A stretch of DNA of 64,000 nt from the human T2T-CHM13v2.0 reference genome, Homo sapiens. A program made the position numbers and the translations under genes. Positions within the stretch are counted from its first letter, which is position 1. Every line of letters starts with the position of its first letter. The stretch is taken from the NCBI RefSeq assembly GCF_009914755.1, contig NC_060925.1. The stretch is one strand, 5' to 3'. This document shows, in pieces, positions 1-15,693 of this stretch. Below the pieces are notes generated by a model, which ran no database searches, had not been told where the DNA came from, and worked only from the letters and a program-made list of their open reading frames with translations.

Positions 1-80
1 GCAGCAAGCTGTGATTGCACCAATGCACTCCAACCTGGGTGACAGAGCAAGACCCTATCTCTGAAAAAAATAAAAAAAGA
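1..80 (+). mobile_element. 3' end of Alu-family element with A-rich tail (cut by window edge)
   Basis: GCACTCCAACCTGGGTGACAGAGCAAGACCCTATCTC followed by an A-rich tail. Confidence 0.85.
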
Positions 81-228
81 AATGAAAAGAAAAAGCTGAG
101 AAATCTTAGTTGTATTAGTCACTACCTTAAATGTTTCAAAAACCAAAACAGGAAACTAATATACCAATTCACAAATTATTTCTTCAAACACTTTTGAGTC
201 AAGTGTATAATCAAAAGACACTATATAT

Positions 229-981
<753 letters not shown>

Positions 982-1162
982 TCCATGCCCCATCTTTAAC
1001 ATTTTCTAGCTAGTAACCTTGACTGAGGAAGCCAGTCTTTTGGGGAGAAGTAAGTTGGTATCACTGAGGATATTACCACCTTGGGTGTGGGGGTTGGTTT
1101 CTGGAGGTGGGGAAAGAATTGATGCCAAATAGACAGTACTGTTGTTGGCAACATTACAAGTA

Positions 1163-1495
1163 CAGACAGTCCCTGACTTACATGGTTCCACTTACAATTT
1201 TTTGACTTTACAATGGCATGAAAGCAATACGCATACAGTGGAAACCCTATTTCAAATACCCATTCAGCAATTTGGTTTTTTCACTTTCAGTACAGTATAT
1301 AATAAATTACATGAGATATTGAACACTTTATTATAAAAAGGCTTTGTGTTAGATAATTTTGCCCAACTATAGGCTAATGTAAGTGTTCTGAGCACGTTTA
1401 AGGTAGGTTAGGCTAAGCTATGATGTATGATGGGTTGGATGTCTTAAATGCATTTTTGACTTAAAACATTTTTCATTTACAATGGGTTTATTGAT
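1163..1495 (-). mobile_element. MER47A-like (TcMar-Tigger) DNA transposon, right terminal repeat truncated
   Basis: TA then CAGACAGTCCCTGACTTAC terminus; internal GCTAATGTAAGTGTTCTGAGCACGTTTAAGGTAGG matches MER47A as recalled. Confidence 0.85.
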
Positions 1496-1851
1496 ATTGC
1501 ATAGGTGTGCTTCACCTCTTCTGCAACGCGGTTCTTATTCTCTGTTGCTGGCCTCAGTTGCCCCCAAAGTTTCCTAACCATAGAATCACTCCAACTTTCA
1601 GTGACTAGGAATGGTTCTGCTGATCGACTTTTCTTTTCCCTTAGTCCTACAAATAAATATTGCTAGGTACCTGATCACTTTGGAAATAGACAAAAGAACC
1701 TTAAAAACCCCTCATAAGAAGATTTGCAAGAATAAACACAAATTATGAACAGTGGTCACTTCTGGGGAGAGGAAAATTTTCACTTTTTACCATTTTTGAA
1801 GTATTTGAATTTTAATGATTGCATATTAGTTTTCAATAAAAAACACAATGA

Positions 1852-2171
<320 letters not shown>

Positions 2172-2319
2172 TCAGAATCTATAAAAGCTCTATATCTATA
2201 CAATGAAAAAAGTTAGTATTCCTGCCTTTTGACATTTCTTCGACAATAACTCTTACTGATATCTTCTACCATTATTTTCCTTTTTATAAATTTATATGAA
2301 AAGCAGTTGGAAAGACATC

Positions 2320-2445
2320 ACAGAGTGGTAGAAATAACCTATCATTTGCAGTCAACTGACATGGATTTGTGTCCTGGTTCCCATGATTACTTGCTATGTG
2401 ACCTTAGGTAAATCGTTTAACCTTTGTGAGCCTTACTTTCCTATG
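2320..2445 (+). mobile_element. MIR fragment
   Basis: GCTATGTGACCTTAGGTAAATCGTTTAACCTTTGTGAGCCT resembles the MIR core. Confidence 0.7.
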
Positions 2446-2529
2446 ATATAAGGTTACTAAATAATGCCAACAGGTTCCCCCTAGTCATTCATTGATAGAT
2501 TAAGTTATTATTTCTATTATATGGCATGA

Positions 2530-3060
2530 TTGCTAGTAATCTCCTAGTATCCATTCTTTTTTTGTCCTTTACTATGATATGCTAGACCCTACTAGAACTC
2601 CTGGCTACCAAAGATATTCCTCAGCCTTTCTTGTAGTTAATGGGATATGAGCAGAAGAAGCAAAAAGCATGTCTCGCCCTTGAACCCTTCCCCCTTTCTG
2701 CTTGGTGAAATGTTGACTGAGGAGACGGGTTGGGAATCTACCTTCAACCATGTAGTAGAGGACAACACCACCCAGAATGCAGACATAGAAGGAATCACAG
2801 AGAAATGGTGCCACTAAAAAGTATAAAAGAGTAGACATCGTTGAACTGGAGAATTAAAGAAAGACTAATTAAAACATCATAGTTGAGGAAAATAGAATAA
2901 GCCTGGTTTCCCCTTCAATTCCAAATTCCAACTTTTAATGGGCTTTTAACTTTATGAAGCTGTCTTACTATCCCATATTGTTAGACTGTCATATGAGAGA
3001 GATATACACTTCTATCTTATTTATACTACTTTTCATAAGTTGGGCTTTTGTTTAGCAGTA
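2530..3060 (+). mobile_element. LTR16-like (ERVL) solo LTR, interrupted by an inverted duplication
   Basis: GAGGACAACACC...ATAGAAGGAATC on the left and AGACTGTCATATGAGAGAGATATACACTTCTATCTT on the right are collinear with the paralog at 5372-6003. Confidence 0.65.
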
Positions 3061-3204
3061 AAAGCTGGAATTTGGAATTGCAAGGGGAAACCAGGCTTAT
3101 TCTCTTTTCCTCAACTATGATGTTTTAATTAGTCTTTCTTTAATTCTCCAGTTCAACGATGTCCACTCTTTTATACTTTTTAGTGGCACTATTTCTCTGT
3201 GATT
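2793..3204. repeat. Non-Alu inverted repeat: arms 2793-2940 and 3056-3204, 115-nt spacer
   Basis: Hand alignment of the left arm to the reverse complement of the right arm: 5 substitutions and 1 indel over ~148 nt. Confidence 0.97.
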
Positions 3205-3641
3205 TAAACAAACAAGGGATGTCCTAGTAGGAAACCATAATACATTCTCAGCATATTCTAATTATGACTGATAGTCAGCTTGTTCCTATGGTTGTTTGTA
3301 AGTATACAATGTCCCGAGTTTGTTTTACTAGAGAAATGTCCCTGAGTTCTATGTCCATGCTACAGTCATATATCACTAGCAGCTTTAATGACATGCTATA
3401 GTCAGAGTAAATGATCCTCAAGTATTTTTTTTCTATAAAAAGTTAACAACATCTTCAGTGAGTCAACCCATCCTTGTTCCCTGGCCATTACTGATTGAAG
3501 AAGACAAACTTGATGTGAGGGAGGCCAAGTACCTTGAGAAGACTTGGCAAAATCTCTGCCCAACAGAGGCACACAGAGAGGAGGAGACAGTGGAGGCTTT
3601 ATCCTGAATTATGTTGAATTTTAACCCTGTCCTACATCCTA

Positions 3642-4023
<382 letters not shown>

Positions 4024-4100
4024 TTATTTTCATTACCTAAATTATTTGTAACAAACTCTCATTACCAAGGTAATCTGCTATTGACTATTCATTTGCAATC

Positions 4101-4429
<329 letters not shown>

Positions 4430-4547
4430 TATTCATTGCAATCTTAAAGAAACTTACTCACAAATACATTAATGTCTGCTACTTCTACCTAATAATTGAG
4501 GAAAAAAGATGAAAAGAAAATACGATAGGTACAACCTAGACTTGGAG

Positions 4548-4674
4548 TTATACATCCTGGGCTACCCAGGACAGTCATAGGTTACACAACTGGATTTATA
4601 TGCTGGATTTATACCCAGCATAATTGTTAATAATGCCCCTTTCAGGCTCAGAAGTGTTTCAGACGGTCACTCTA
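4548..4674. mobile_element. MER81-like hAT MITE relic
   Basis: CCCAGCATAATTGTTAATAATGCCCCTTTCA...GGTCACTCTA resembles MER81. Confidence 0.55.
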
Positions 4675-5371
4675 ATGAGATTAGATGCAAAAGAGATCTT
4701 GTGTAAGGCAGAGGATACTTACATGTTGAATTGATGTGGGTATGACAGAAAAAGTTATGAAATTTTCTTTGCTGGAAGCTTCTAAAATTTATTATGCAAC
4801 TGAATATTCTAAGAAAATGTGTCATATCCAAGGGGCTGAACAATAAATTTTGTTTCTGATGCTGTTAGAAGCAGGTAAGTTTTGAAATGTGTTCTGGGTA
4901 AACTGTTGGCCATAGGGATATATAAATTCATGTTATATATTAACACATCCAGAAGCTCCTAATTCATGCTTGGATTATTTTAGTATTTGACCTAATGTCT
5001 TTAATGAAATCTTAGCTATGTTCTTGATTTTTGTTTATATTTGTTTTTTCTAACCATAAGCACATGTCAGAGTCCACTCAGTGTCACTAAAATAGTCTCA
5101 GAGTCATTTGCTGCTACCTCTCCTATCATCAGCAACTCTTACGAACAAGTCACAGAGGATGTGCAAGCAAAGCATGCCAGAGATTGAAAATTAAAAATGG
5201 AATGCTATCAATGATCCTTGACTTCTGATCCAATAGCTTTTTGCCAAAGCTGTTTTCATAGGTTTCAGTGCAATATCTGGCCCATACATCTACTTCTTGG
5301 TGTTACATTTCATTTCTATTGCTTAATTATAAGCTCCTGGCTCCTTATTTTTCATGGTGCGAACTGCTGAC

Positions 5372-6003
5372 TGTTTCCCAATATATCAGTTTTCTCCTTG
5401 TGTATGGTAATGTCAATTCCCTTCTAGATGGTAATATGGCTGCCCAGCTAGAGACTAAAGACATTCGTCAGTCCCTTTGAAGCCAAGTGTGGCCATCTTA
5501 CTAAGTCCTTGACTATTGAATATGAAAAGAAGATGTGTATATTATTTCTACATAGTTTACTTAGTGACAACTTCTTGCCCTAGACTTGTTTTCTAACCCC
5601 TTACTGAAAACTGGAGAACAGATATGCCAGTCACCCAGCCTTGACCATTAAGATGATGACAATGCCCTGACACCTTGCTACTTAGAGTGTGCGCCTTGGA
5701 CTAACAGCATTAACATCACCCGGAAGCTTTTTAGAAATACAGAATCTCAGGCCCCATTCCAGGCCTGCTAATGAGAATCTGCATTTTAGCATGATCCACC
5801 AGTGATTTAAATTCATGTTAACATTTGAGAAATACTGCCTTAATAGGGTATAATGGAACAACAAAATGGAAGGAATCTAGGTCTATTAATTATTTTGTTG
5901 AGCAGAGCTATCTACTAGCCTGGTCTGCCCACCTATAGACTGTTATGGGAAAGCACAGTGAAATTCTATCTTACTAAATCATTGAATTTTGGGGTCTCTT
6001 TTT
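5372..6003 (+). mobile_element. LTR16-like solo LTR with nested MER5
   Basis: ATGGCTGCCCAGCTAGAGACT, GTGTGGCCATCTTACTAAG and GGAAGGAATCTAGGTC...AGACTGTTATG motifs. Confidence 0.65.
5674..5837. mobile_element. MER5A/B (hAT-Charlie)
   Basis: TTAGAAATACAGAATCTCAGGCCCC...GAATCTGCATTTTA...TTTGAGAAATACTG. Confidence 0.85.
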
Positions 6004-6547
6004 GATCTCTATTCTAATTTATATAGTTTTTATTCCTTGTAATAAGAAACCTACTTTTTAAAGCTCTGCTAGAGTCTTGTGGAGAAAGAGATGAGAAAGA
6101 ATGTTATTTCCTTTTGGACTATTCTGGAGTAGTCCCTCCACCCTTTAGAGAAGTACCTAAATTTAACTCAGGCTATGTTGATTTATCTAGGACTGGGTGA
6201 GTGGGGAGTGCTCTTACCCCATCCTCCTGAGCATTACTCTCCATATTCCAACCATCATTTTTGGTCTCCTTGAGGATGCTGACTTAAGAAACTCAGTATA
6301 AATATTAAATGAACTGAATACAAAATGTCTCCGGAGATGGTTTCATCATTTTTTTTTTCCAGAAGACCCAAATTTGAGCTGGCAGCATTAATCAAATAGA
6401 CCACATTTATTATAAAGTACATTAGAGCATGCACGCTCTCCTTTTAATGTATAGACTCTCACCCACTATTTAACAACCATTTTCTCCTTACTTCTTCCTT
6501 TCCATTCCTAGTTTGGTAAATGTGTCCTCTGGACTTGCAATTCCCAT

Positions 6548-7045
<498 letters not shown>

Positions 7046-7337
7046 AGCTGAAGAATTTTAAGAAATGAAAAGTACTTAAAAATTTTGTAGTAACATTTAT
7101 TGACTGAATAAATGGAGAAAAATAAATTGATAATTAAGCAGCTTTCCTCCAAGCCTCCAGGGCAACAAGGAACACTCCCTTATTTTCCCTTTCCTGCCTT
7201 CCTTCCTCATTGCTTTGAGTTCACATTGGTTCTTGTGCCTGTGAAAGAGGAGTTAGATAATTAATCAGCTAAAAATAAGGATTCACAGTTAATGCACTTG
7301 GAAAGGGATCGAAAAGGAACTTGGCAAGATAAAAATA

Positions 7338-8548
7338 CAGTCTTGCACTGCATAATGTCATTTTGGTCAATGACAGACTGCCTATAGGATGGTGGTTCCA
7401 TAAGATTAAAATGGAGCTAAAAAATTCCTATTCGCCTAGTGACATTGTAGGCATCATAACATTGGAGCAAAACACATTACTCACACGTGTGTGGTGATGC
7501 TGGTTGCAAACAAACCTATTGTGCTGCCAGTTGTAGAGCACATATGATTATGTGCAGCACATACAATGATGTGCGGTATATAATACTTTGATAATAATAA
7601 TAAACTTACTGGTTTACGTATTTACTGTACTATATTTTTATCATTATATTAGAGTGTACTCCTTCTATTTATAAAAATAAAAAGTTAACTGAAAGATGGT
7701 CTTAGGCAGGCCTTTAGGAGGTACTCCAAAAGAAGGCACTATTATCACAGATGAGAGCTCCAGGTGTATTATTGACCCTGAAGACCTTTTAGTGGGACAG
7801 GATGCAGTGGTGGAAGATAGTGATATTGATGATCCTGCCCCTATGTAGGCCTAGGTAATGTGTGTTTTTGTGCTTAGTTTTTAACTAAAATGTAAAAAAG
7901 TTAAAAAAAAATGATAAAAGTAGAAAAAAAGCTTACAGAATAAAGATAAAAAAATAAAATATTTGTGAACAGCTGCAAAATGTATGTTTTAAGATATGTT
8001 ATTACAGAAGAGTCACAATGTTAAAAAAATTGAATTTATAAAGTAGATAAGTTACAGTGAGCCAAGGTTAATTTATTATTAATGAAAGAAAAATATTTTA
8101 AAACAAATTTAGTGTAGTCTAAGTGTAGCGTTTGTAAAGTATACAATAGTGTACAGAAATGTCCTAGACTTTCACATTTATTCACTACTCACTCACCAAC
8201 TTACCCACGGCAACTTCCAGTCCTGCAAGTTTCATTCATAATAAATGCCTTATATAGGTGTGTTATATGATATTTTATTTTTACTGTATTTTCCTATTTT
8301 ACAGTTTTCCTATGTTTAGATACACAAACATTTACCATTGTGTTACAATTGCCTGCAGTATTCAATATACTAACATGCTGTACAGGTTCATAACCTAGGA
8401 GCAATAGACTATACCTTATACCTGAGGTGTTAGCAGGCTATACCATCTAGTTCTGTGTAAGTTCCCTCTATGATGTTTGAATAACAGCAAAATTGCCCAA
8501 GGATGCATTTCTCAGACGGTATCCCCATCATTAAGCAATACATGACTG
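7338..8548. mobile_element. Tigger3b/Golem-type non-autonomous DNA transposon, apparently complete (~1.2 kb)
   Basis: TA TSDs at both ends; terminal inverted repeats CAGTCTTGCACTGCATAATG / CATTAAGCAATACATGACTG; internal Tigger3 motifs. Confidence 0.9.
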
Positions 8549-9083
8549 TAGTTACATTTTGGTGAAAAGCTTGTGGCTTACTTTCTTTTCCTTGATATTA
8601 ACGTATTTGTTGTACAATATATTAAAATTGGGAATACAAAAGGTGTGTTTGTGTGTGTGTTAATCTTTTTAATCACTTTCTATGGGAAGCGAGATTGCAT
8701 TTCATGTGCACGTGCCAATCTCTCACTGTTGCTCACTGGGAATGACTAATATCATTTTTCTTCCTTCTGGCCTAATGCAAACAAGCCACTGTGACATCCA
8801 ATTTCTGATTTTTGGTCAATAGAAGGCTCAGATTTCTATTTTTGTATTGCCAAACAATTTGCAGCTTTAAATATTATTTTTGTTTAGTATTCACACATGA
8901 TAATTTTTTTGGAGGTATCAGTCAAAGGCCAAAGCCTTTTCCACACAATACCACTGACCTTCCTTCAAAATCCATGGATGCAAAAGGACAGATAGTGGAG
9001 TGATAATTGGTGAAATAAAGAGGGAGTTGCTCCAGACAGGAGATGAAAGTTGCTGCTATTGAGACCAAGAAATGAAACCAAAC

Positions 9084-9330
9084 TGTTTATCTATTACTGT
9101 ATAAAAAGCTAACCCAAAAGGTAGTGGTTTAAAACAGCCATATTTTTGCCCATAATTCTCCAATTTGGGCAGGGCATGGTGGTGGCAGCTTATCCCTGCT
9201 GTGTGGTGCTGGACAGGGTGACTCACCTGGGCTGGAGAGTCTATGGTGACTTCACTCACACGTCTGGGGCTCCAATGGGGGTGGCTGGAATGTGAGGTAT
9301 GGCTGGGCTTGTTTCTCTTTATACAGCCTC
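9084..9330 (-). mobile_element. MLT1-type MaLR LTR fragment
   Basis: AGTGGTTTAAAACAGCCA...TTTGGGCAGGGC...CTTCACTCACACGTCTGG. Confidence 0.7.
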
Positions 9331-9793
9331 TCTGTGCATCATGGTCAATGAACTCTTTATCAAACAGCATCCTATTAAATCATTTGATTCTCACATTAAT
9401 CTCTAAGGTTGTATCTTAAGAACTGAAAAAGAAACGGAGCCCTTTTACTTAGTCTTGTTTTCCCACTCAACCTGTATTTTTCTTGGAACTTATATGTATT
9501 TACATATTTCTGTATGCAATTTATTTACTTTAGTTTATTGTAGGTATTCTTATAAACTGTCCTAATTCTGCAGTACAGATACAAAGATAAATATGTGGTT
9601 TGTTACATAAATATGTTACTATTTATCTATCTTAAATCAGGCTCAGGGAGGTTTAGTGACTTGATCAAGGTTACATGCCTAACGCATGACAGAGCCTAAC
9701 TTGGTACTCAGCTTTTCTGAACCTGTGAGAGCTAAATAATAAAATCCTAATCATATTATCTATTTTAGATTTTCTTAAACTCCTAGGTTATAG

Positions 9794-10136
<343 letters not shown>

Positions 10137-10164
10137 AGCAAATAGTTACATACCTTTTTAATTA

Positions 10165-11032
10165 GGTATAGTCACCATGTTGTACAATAGAGCTGTTGAA
10201 CTTATTTTAACTAATTTGAACTTACCTAACTGAAATTTTGCGTCTTTTGATCAACATTTTCCTAAGCCCCCTACACTCTCTAGCCCCTGGTAACCACCAT
10301 TCTACTCTCTACTTCTCTGAGTCCAACTTCTTTAGATTCCACATGTGAGATCATGTGGTATGTATCTTTCTGTGCCTGGCTTATTTCACTTAACATAATG
10401 TCTTTCAGGCTCATTCATGTTGTCACAAATGACACAATTTCCTTCCTTTTAAAGACCAAATAGTATTCCATTGTGTACATATACCACATTTTCTTTATTC
10501 ATTCATTCATTGCTGGACACTTGGGTTGATTCCATATCTTGGCTGTTGTGAATAGTGCTTCAATGAATGTGGAAGTGCAGCTGTCTCTTCTATTGCACAT
10601 ACTGATTTCATTTCCTTCAGATATATACCCAGTAGTGAGATTGCTGAATCATATCATGGGTTCTATTTTCAATTTTTTGAGGAACCTCCATATTTTTTTT
10701 TCATAATGGATGTTCTAATTTACATTTCCACAAACAGTGTATAAGGGTTGCCTTTTTTCCACATCCTTGCCAACATGTTATCTTTCATCTTTGCAATAAT
10801 AGCCATTCTGATAGCTGCGAGGTGATATCTCTCACTATGGTCTTAATTTGCATTTCTCTGTTGATTAGTGATCCTGAACATCTTTTTCATATACCTGTTG
10901 GCCACTTATGTGTCTTATTTTGAGAAATACCTATTCAAACCATCTACCCATTTTTGTATTAGATTGTTTTCTTACTATTGAGTTGTTTGAGTTTCTTATA
11001 TATTTTGAATATTAACCTCTCATCAGATGTAT
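10165..11032 (-). mobile_element. L1 (L1MA-like) 3' UTR and ORF2-end fragment
   Basis: CCTGGTAACCACCATTCTACTCTCT, GTGCCTGGCTTATTTCACTTAACATAATG, ATATACCCAGTAGTGAGATTGCTG. Confidence 0.9.
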
Positions 11033-11316
11033 AACAGATAATTTTACAAAGTAATATCTTATTTAAACTTCAGTTTACTTGAATTCCATTCAGTAAATAC
11101 TTATTCAGCGATTACTCCATGCCAGGTGCTGATCTGTGTGCTTAGAACACATCTCTGAACAAAACAGATATTCCTGCCCTTGCAGAACTTACTTCCTAAA
11201 AGTGACATTTAGTAAACAAAACAACCAAATCATTTTACTGTGGGAAGAAGAATTTGCTAATGTTGTTGTGCAGAGATTGAGCAGGAACTTATAGTGATGA
11301 TTTCATGGTATTATGA

Positions 11317-11646
<330 letters not shown>

Positions 11647-12262
11647 GGTATTAGTTTTTAAAAATATTTTTGTTAAAGAAAAATTCAACTCTGCCAATCT
11701 CTACTTAATTGAGAAATCTGTGTGAGCTTTACCCTTGGCTATGTCTCTTTAAACCCTTGAACTTCTCTGTCAATGATTTTTATGCAGATTCACAATTAAA
11801 ATTCTAAAGTGTTCTTCATGTCCCCACCACTACTCCTCTCCTCTTAGGCTGACCCTGAAAAGACAGACTTCCAATGCTTCATGCATGGCCCTTAATTTTA
11901 TTCTTACTCTTCACAGTTGAACACAAATATCAGCTTAAGTCCAATAATAATCTATTTGAGATGTAGATCTGCCATTTAGGGGATATCTTTTATTATGTCA
12001 CAATCACTTTTTTGTTACGGCTTTTCACATATTAGAAGGGCAAATGCAATTAGCTATTCAAATAATAGAACAAGCAAAAATTGCTGCATAAAGATAATGA
12101 TGCCATCCGAATTGAACCTAGGAATCCTGGCCGAAGGCACCACTAGTTGAGAGTTCAAATTCATGCTCATTGGGTGATGTGTGGAAGCTGATATTAATTT
12201 AGTACTTTGAGTGTCAATGTGCAATGTATAAGATTTCACACATTAAAAAAATACAAATTTGA

Positions 12263-12565
12263 AGCAGGGCACAGTGGCTCACGCCTGTAATCCTAGCACT
12301 TTGGGAGGCCGAGGCAGGCGAATCACGAGGTCAGGAGTTCTAGACCAGCCTGACCAACATGGTGAAACCCCGTCTCTACTAAAATTACAAAACTTAGTTG
12401 GATGTGGTGGTGGGTGCCTGCAATCCCAGCTACTCAGGAGGCTGAGGCAGGAGAATCATTTGAACTCAGGAGGCAGAGGTTGCAGTGAATCGATATTGTG
12501 CCACTGCACTCCAGCCTGGGCAATAGAGCGAGACTCCATCTCAAAAAAAAAAAAAAAAAAAAAAA
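12263..12565 (+). mobile_element. AluS (Sg-like)
   Basis: ATCACGAGGTCAGGAG, poly-A tail. Confidence 0.95.
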
Positions 12566-13759
12566 GATAAAAATTTCGAAATTTGAGAACCATCTTTATG
12601 AGAACAGCTCCTGATCCTGAAGTTCTTACAATTCAGCTCTGAAGGCCAGATAGATATTTTAAAATGTCAGGAAACAATAAGGCCACAAGGGGAAAAAACA
12701 AAGAAATGATACAAAATGATACAAGGACCAAACCGATGAATGGAGTAGGAAACAGGATATTTTGATGCAGATGATATAGTAGGTGCTTGATAACATTACC
12801 TCATTTAATCTTCATGACGATACAGTTTTACTAATTAGAATTTTGAATAACATGCAAGGGCCATTAAGGAAATTTCTTATGGACATATAGTTAGAAAGAA
12901 AAAAAACCAGTTTGCCTACCTTTAAAGCTCAAATGATGAACATCTAAATTGATTAACAATTCAAATTGCACTGAATTCAATTGAATTGAACATTTTCCAG
13001 GTCTTTCCAGTTTTTTCATAAGGCTTTGAAGATACCATGAAGGAATGTACCTGGAATTAGAACCACCAGATTTTGAACCCTGACTGTGCTACTTCCTACT
13101 GGTAACACTTTGCATCAGTCAGTTTCACATCTTCAAAATAGAAAGGACGATACCTACCACATATGCAGCCTATGGGTACATACTAGACATCTCTGTGAAT
13201 GGGGTCAACAAAGTGCTTGGTTCACGGAATGCCCTGAGTAAAAACATGCAAGGTGAACAAGGCCCGATCGTTATTCCTTCTCTGTTTGAGGCTGGAAACA
13301 ATGGAAAATCAACAGTCATCCCAGTCTGGTTCTTACAGGTTCAAGAAGAAGAGGAATAGTTATCCTAGTCTGGTTCACAGGCTCAAGAGATGCTTGAAAC
13401 AGCTTTCTAAATGAGGTTTGGGAGTTCTTGTGGATTGCAATTACCCATCTTACTGCTGGACCTCATTAGCACATGTAATTGGAAACTGGCTCTGTATAAT
13501 AAGGACAACAGGAGTCTCCAGCTCTGAGGCAATTACTGTGGTGTTACTCACTCTCCATCCCCTCATGAACACCCCAGCAGTTGCTCCTGAGACACAACCT
13601 CGGAAGCCAGGGAGAAAGAACCGAAATTCTCCCATTACTGTATTTCCTGTGGGAGTCTATGTGGGAGATTTTTGTTTCACACCATGTATTTGTGACATAT
13701 GGATAAACAATGGCAACATAAAAGATCTTACAGAAATCTTCAATATTGGTTTCCTCAGA

Positions 13760-14000
13760 ACACACATTCTTAATGGGGGACAATGTTGCCGCCACGGAGG
13801 TGAAAGTTGGTTATTAGGAAGGTTAAAAAAAATCTTAAATATAAAAATGTTTTGTGGCCCCTCATCATACGTAAACAGATATAAGGCATATATGTGGTAT
13901 TAAAATTTCGTGGGGAGGGAATGATCAGAAAAGATCTAAAAAGTCTACTTAATAGGCAGAGAGTAGGGATAAAAGCGGGGAAAAAGGTTGAGATAACATG
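13760..14000. mobile_element. hAT-Charlie-like relic (MER119-like)
   Basis: TTCTTAATGGGGGACAATGTTGCC...TTTGTGGCCC...AAAAAGGTTGAGA termini. Confidence 0.5.
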
Positions 14001-14426
14001 GCCTTAGAAAGAGTGTGAAGTTCTCCAGATCAGTTTTTGGCTCCAGAAAAGAGGCAGAAGATAGCTATTCTTGCTGCTCCATTCTCTGTTACAGATGGTT
14101 CTGGTTCATTATGACAATGATTAAAGGGGAGAGTTCTGAAGACAGGCTGCTTGTTTTGAAGCCCAGTTCAGTCACATAGATCTGTATCATCTTGAGCTGG
14201 TTAATTAATGTCTCAATGCCTCATTTTTTTTCATCTGCAGAATGACTAGTGTAATATTGAACACTTCATGTTGTTGTGAGGGATGTAGGACTAAGTGTAC
14301 ATTTTCAAAAAGATAGGAGCAGAAGACATTCTGCCTTTGTGAAAGAGCTCTGGTTCCCTTTAATCCACATTCTCTAGGTGATCAAATCCTTGCAACATAG
14401 TTAAAAAAAAAAAACAAAAAACTTTG

Positions 14427-14965
<539 letters not shown>

Positions 14966-15086
14966 ACAGAATATAGAAAAGAACAGACGTAGTATATATT
15001 TCCATAACATGAAGGGTTCATTCATGTTAGTATTTTGTCATATTTATGCTCTATCTTTATTGTATAAAATTTAAAATTATGCAAGT

Positions 15087-15099
15087 TATATATATATAT

Positions 15100-15143
<44 letters not shown>
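15087..15143. repeat. (TA)n-(CA)n compound microsatellite
   Basis: Direct reading. Confidence 0.98.
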
Positions 15144-15145
<2 letters not shown>

Positions 15146-15562
15146 CCTTTGTTCCTTCTATACTCCCAGTCCTACCATAATGAAGCACAGTTTTTGAAAG
15201 TGCCGACTGACTGCCTGGTATGATTTACTGAGTGATGTTCTTTCTGAACGGGTAGACTGAGGGACCAGCCATCTCCAGATTCATAACTCTCTACCCAAAC
15301 AAGGTAAATGTTTCATTCAGATGAAGGCCAAACTGACATTTTCTCCATTAATTGGAACAACATTTCTTATGCACCTATTATATGCCAGACATTTTTGAAC
15401 TGGGAGCAAAACTGTAGCTCCAGGCCTAGACATTAGTTTTTCAAAATGAAAATCCAGGTAGCTGGAGTGAGTTAAGTCAGTCTTCATACTTGAGGTGACG
15501 TTCCAGATATGTCTCACAAATGCTAATGGATAACTCACTTCTATTAAAAACAAATCCTAAAA

Positions 15563-15693
15563 GCGAGGTGTGATGACATGCACCTGTAGTTCCAGCTACT
15601 CAGGAGGCTGATGTGGGAGGATCACTTGAGCCCAGGAGTTCCATGTCAGCTTGGACGACATAACAAAAGCCTGTTTCTAATAAAATAAAATAA
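15563..15693 (+). mobile_element. FLAM monomer
   Basis: ~130-bp monomer GGAGGATCACTTGAGCCCAGGAG with A-rich tail. Confidence 0.85.

Noticed and set aside
2793-3204. Inverted repeat as a pre-miRNA or MITE
   Set aside because: The 115-nt loop is far larger than a pre-miRNA loop, there is no TSD or known terminal repeat, and the spacer is the continuation of the host LTR.
13418-13903. 161-aa non-Alu ORF
   Set aside because: Starts at TTG, has no recognisable domain and runs into a hAT relic; overlapping antisense ORFs are equally uninformative.
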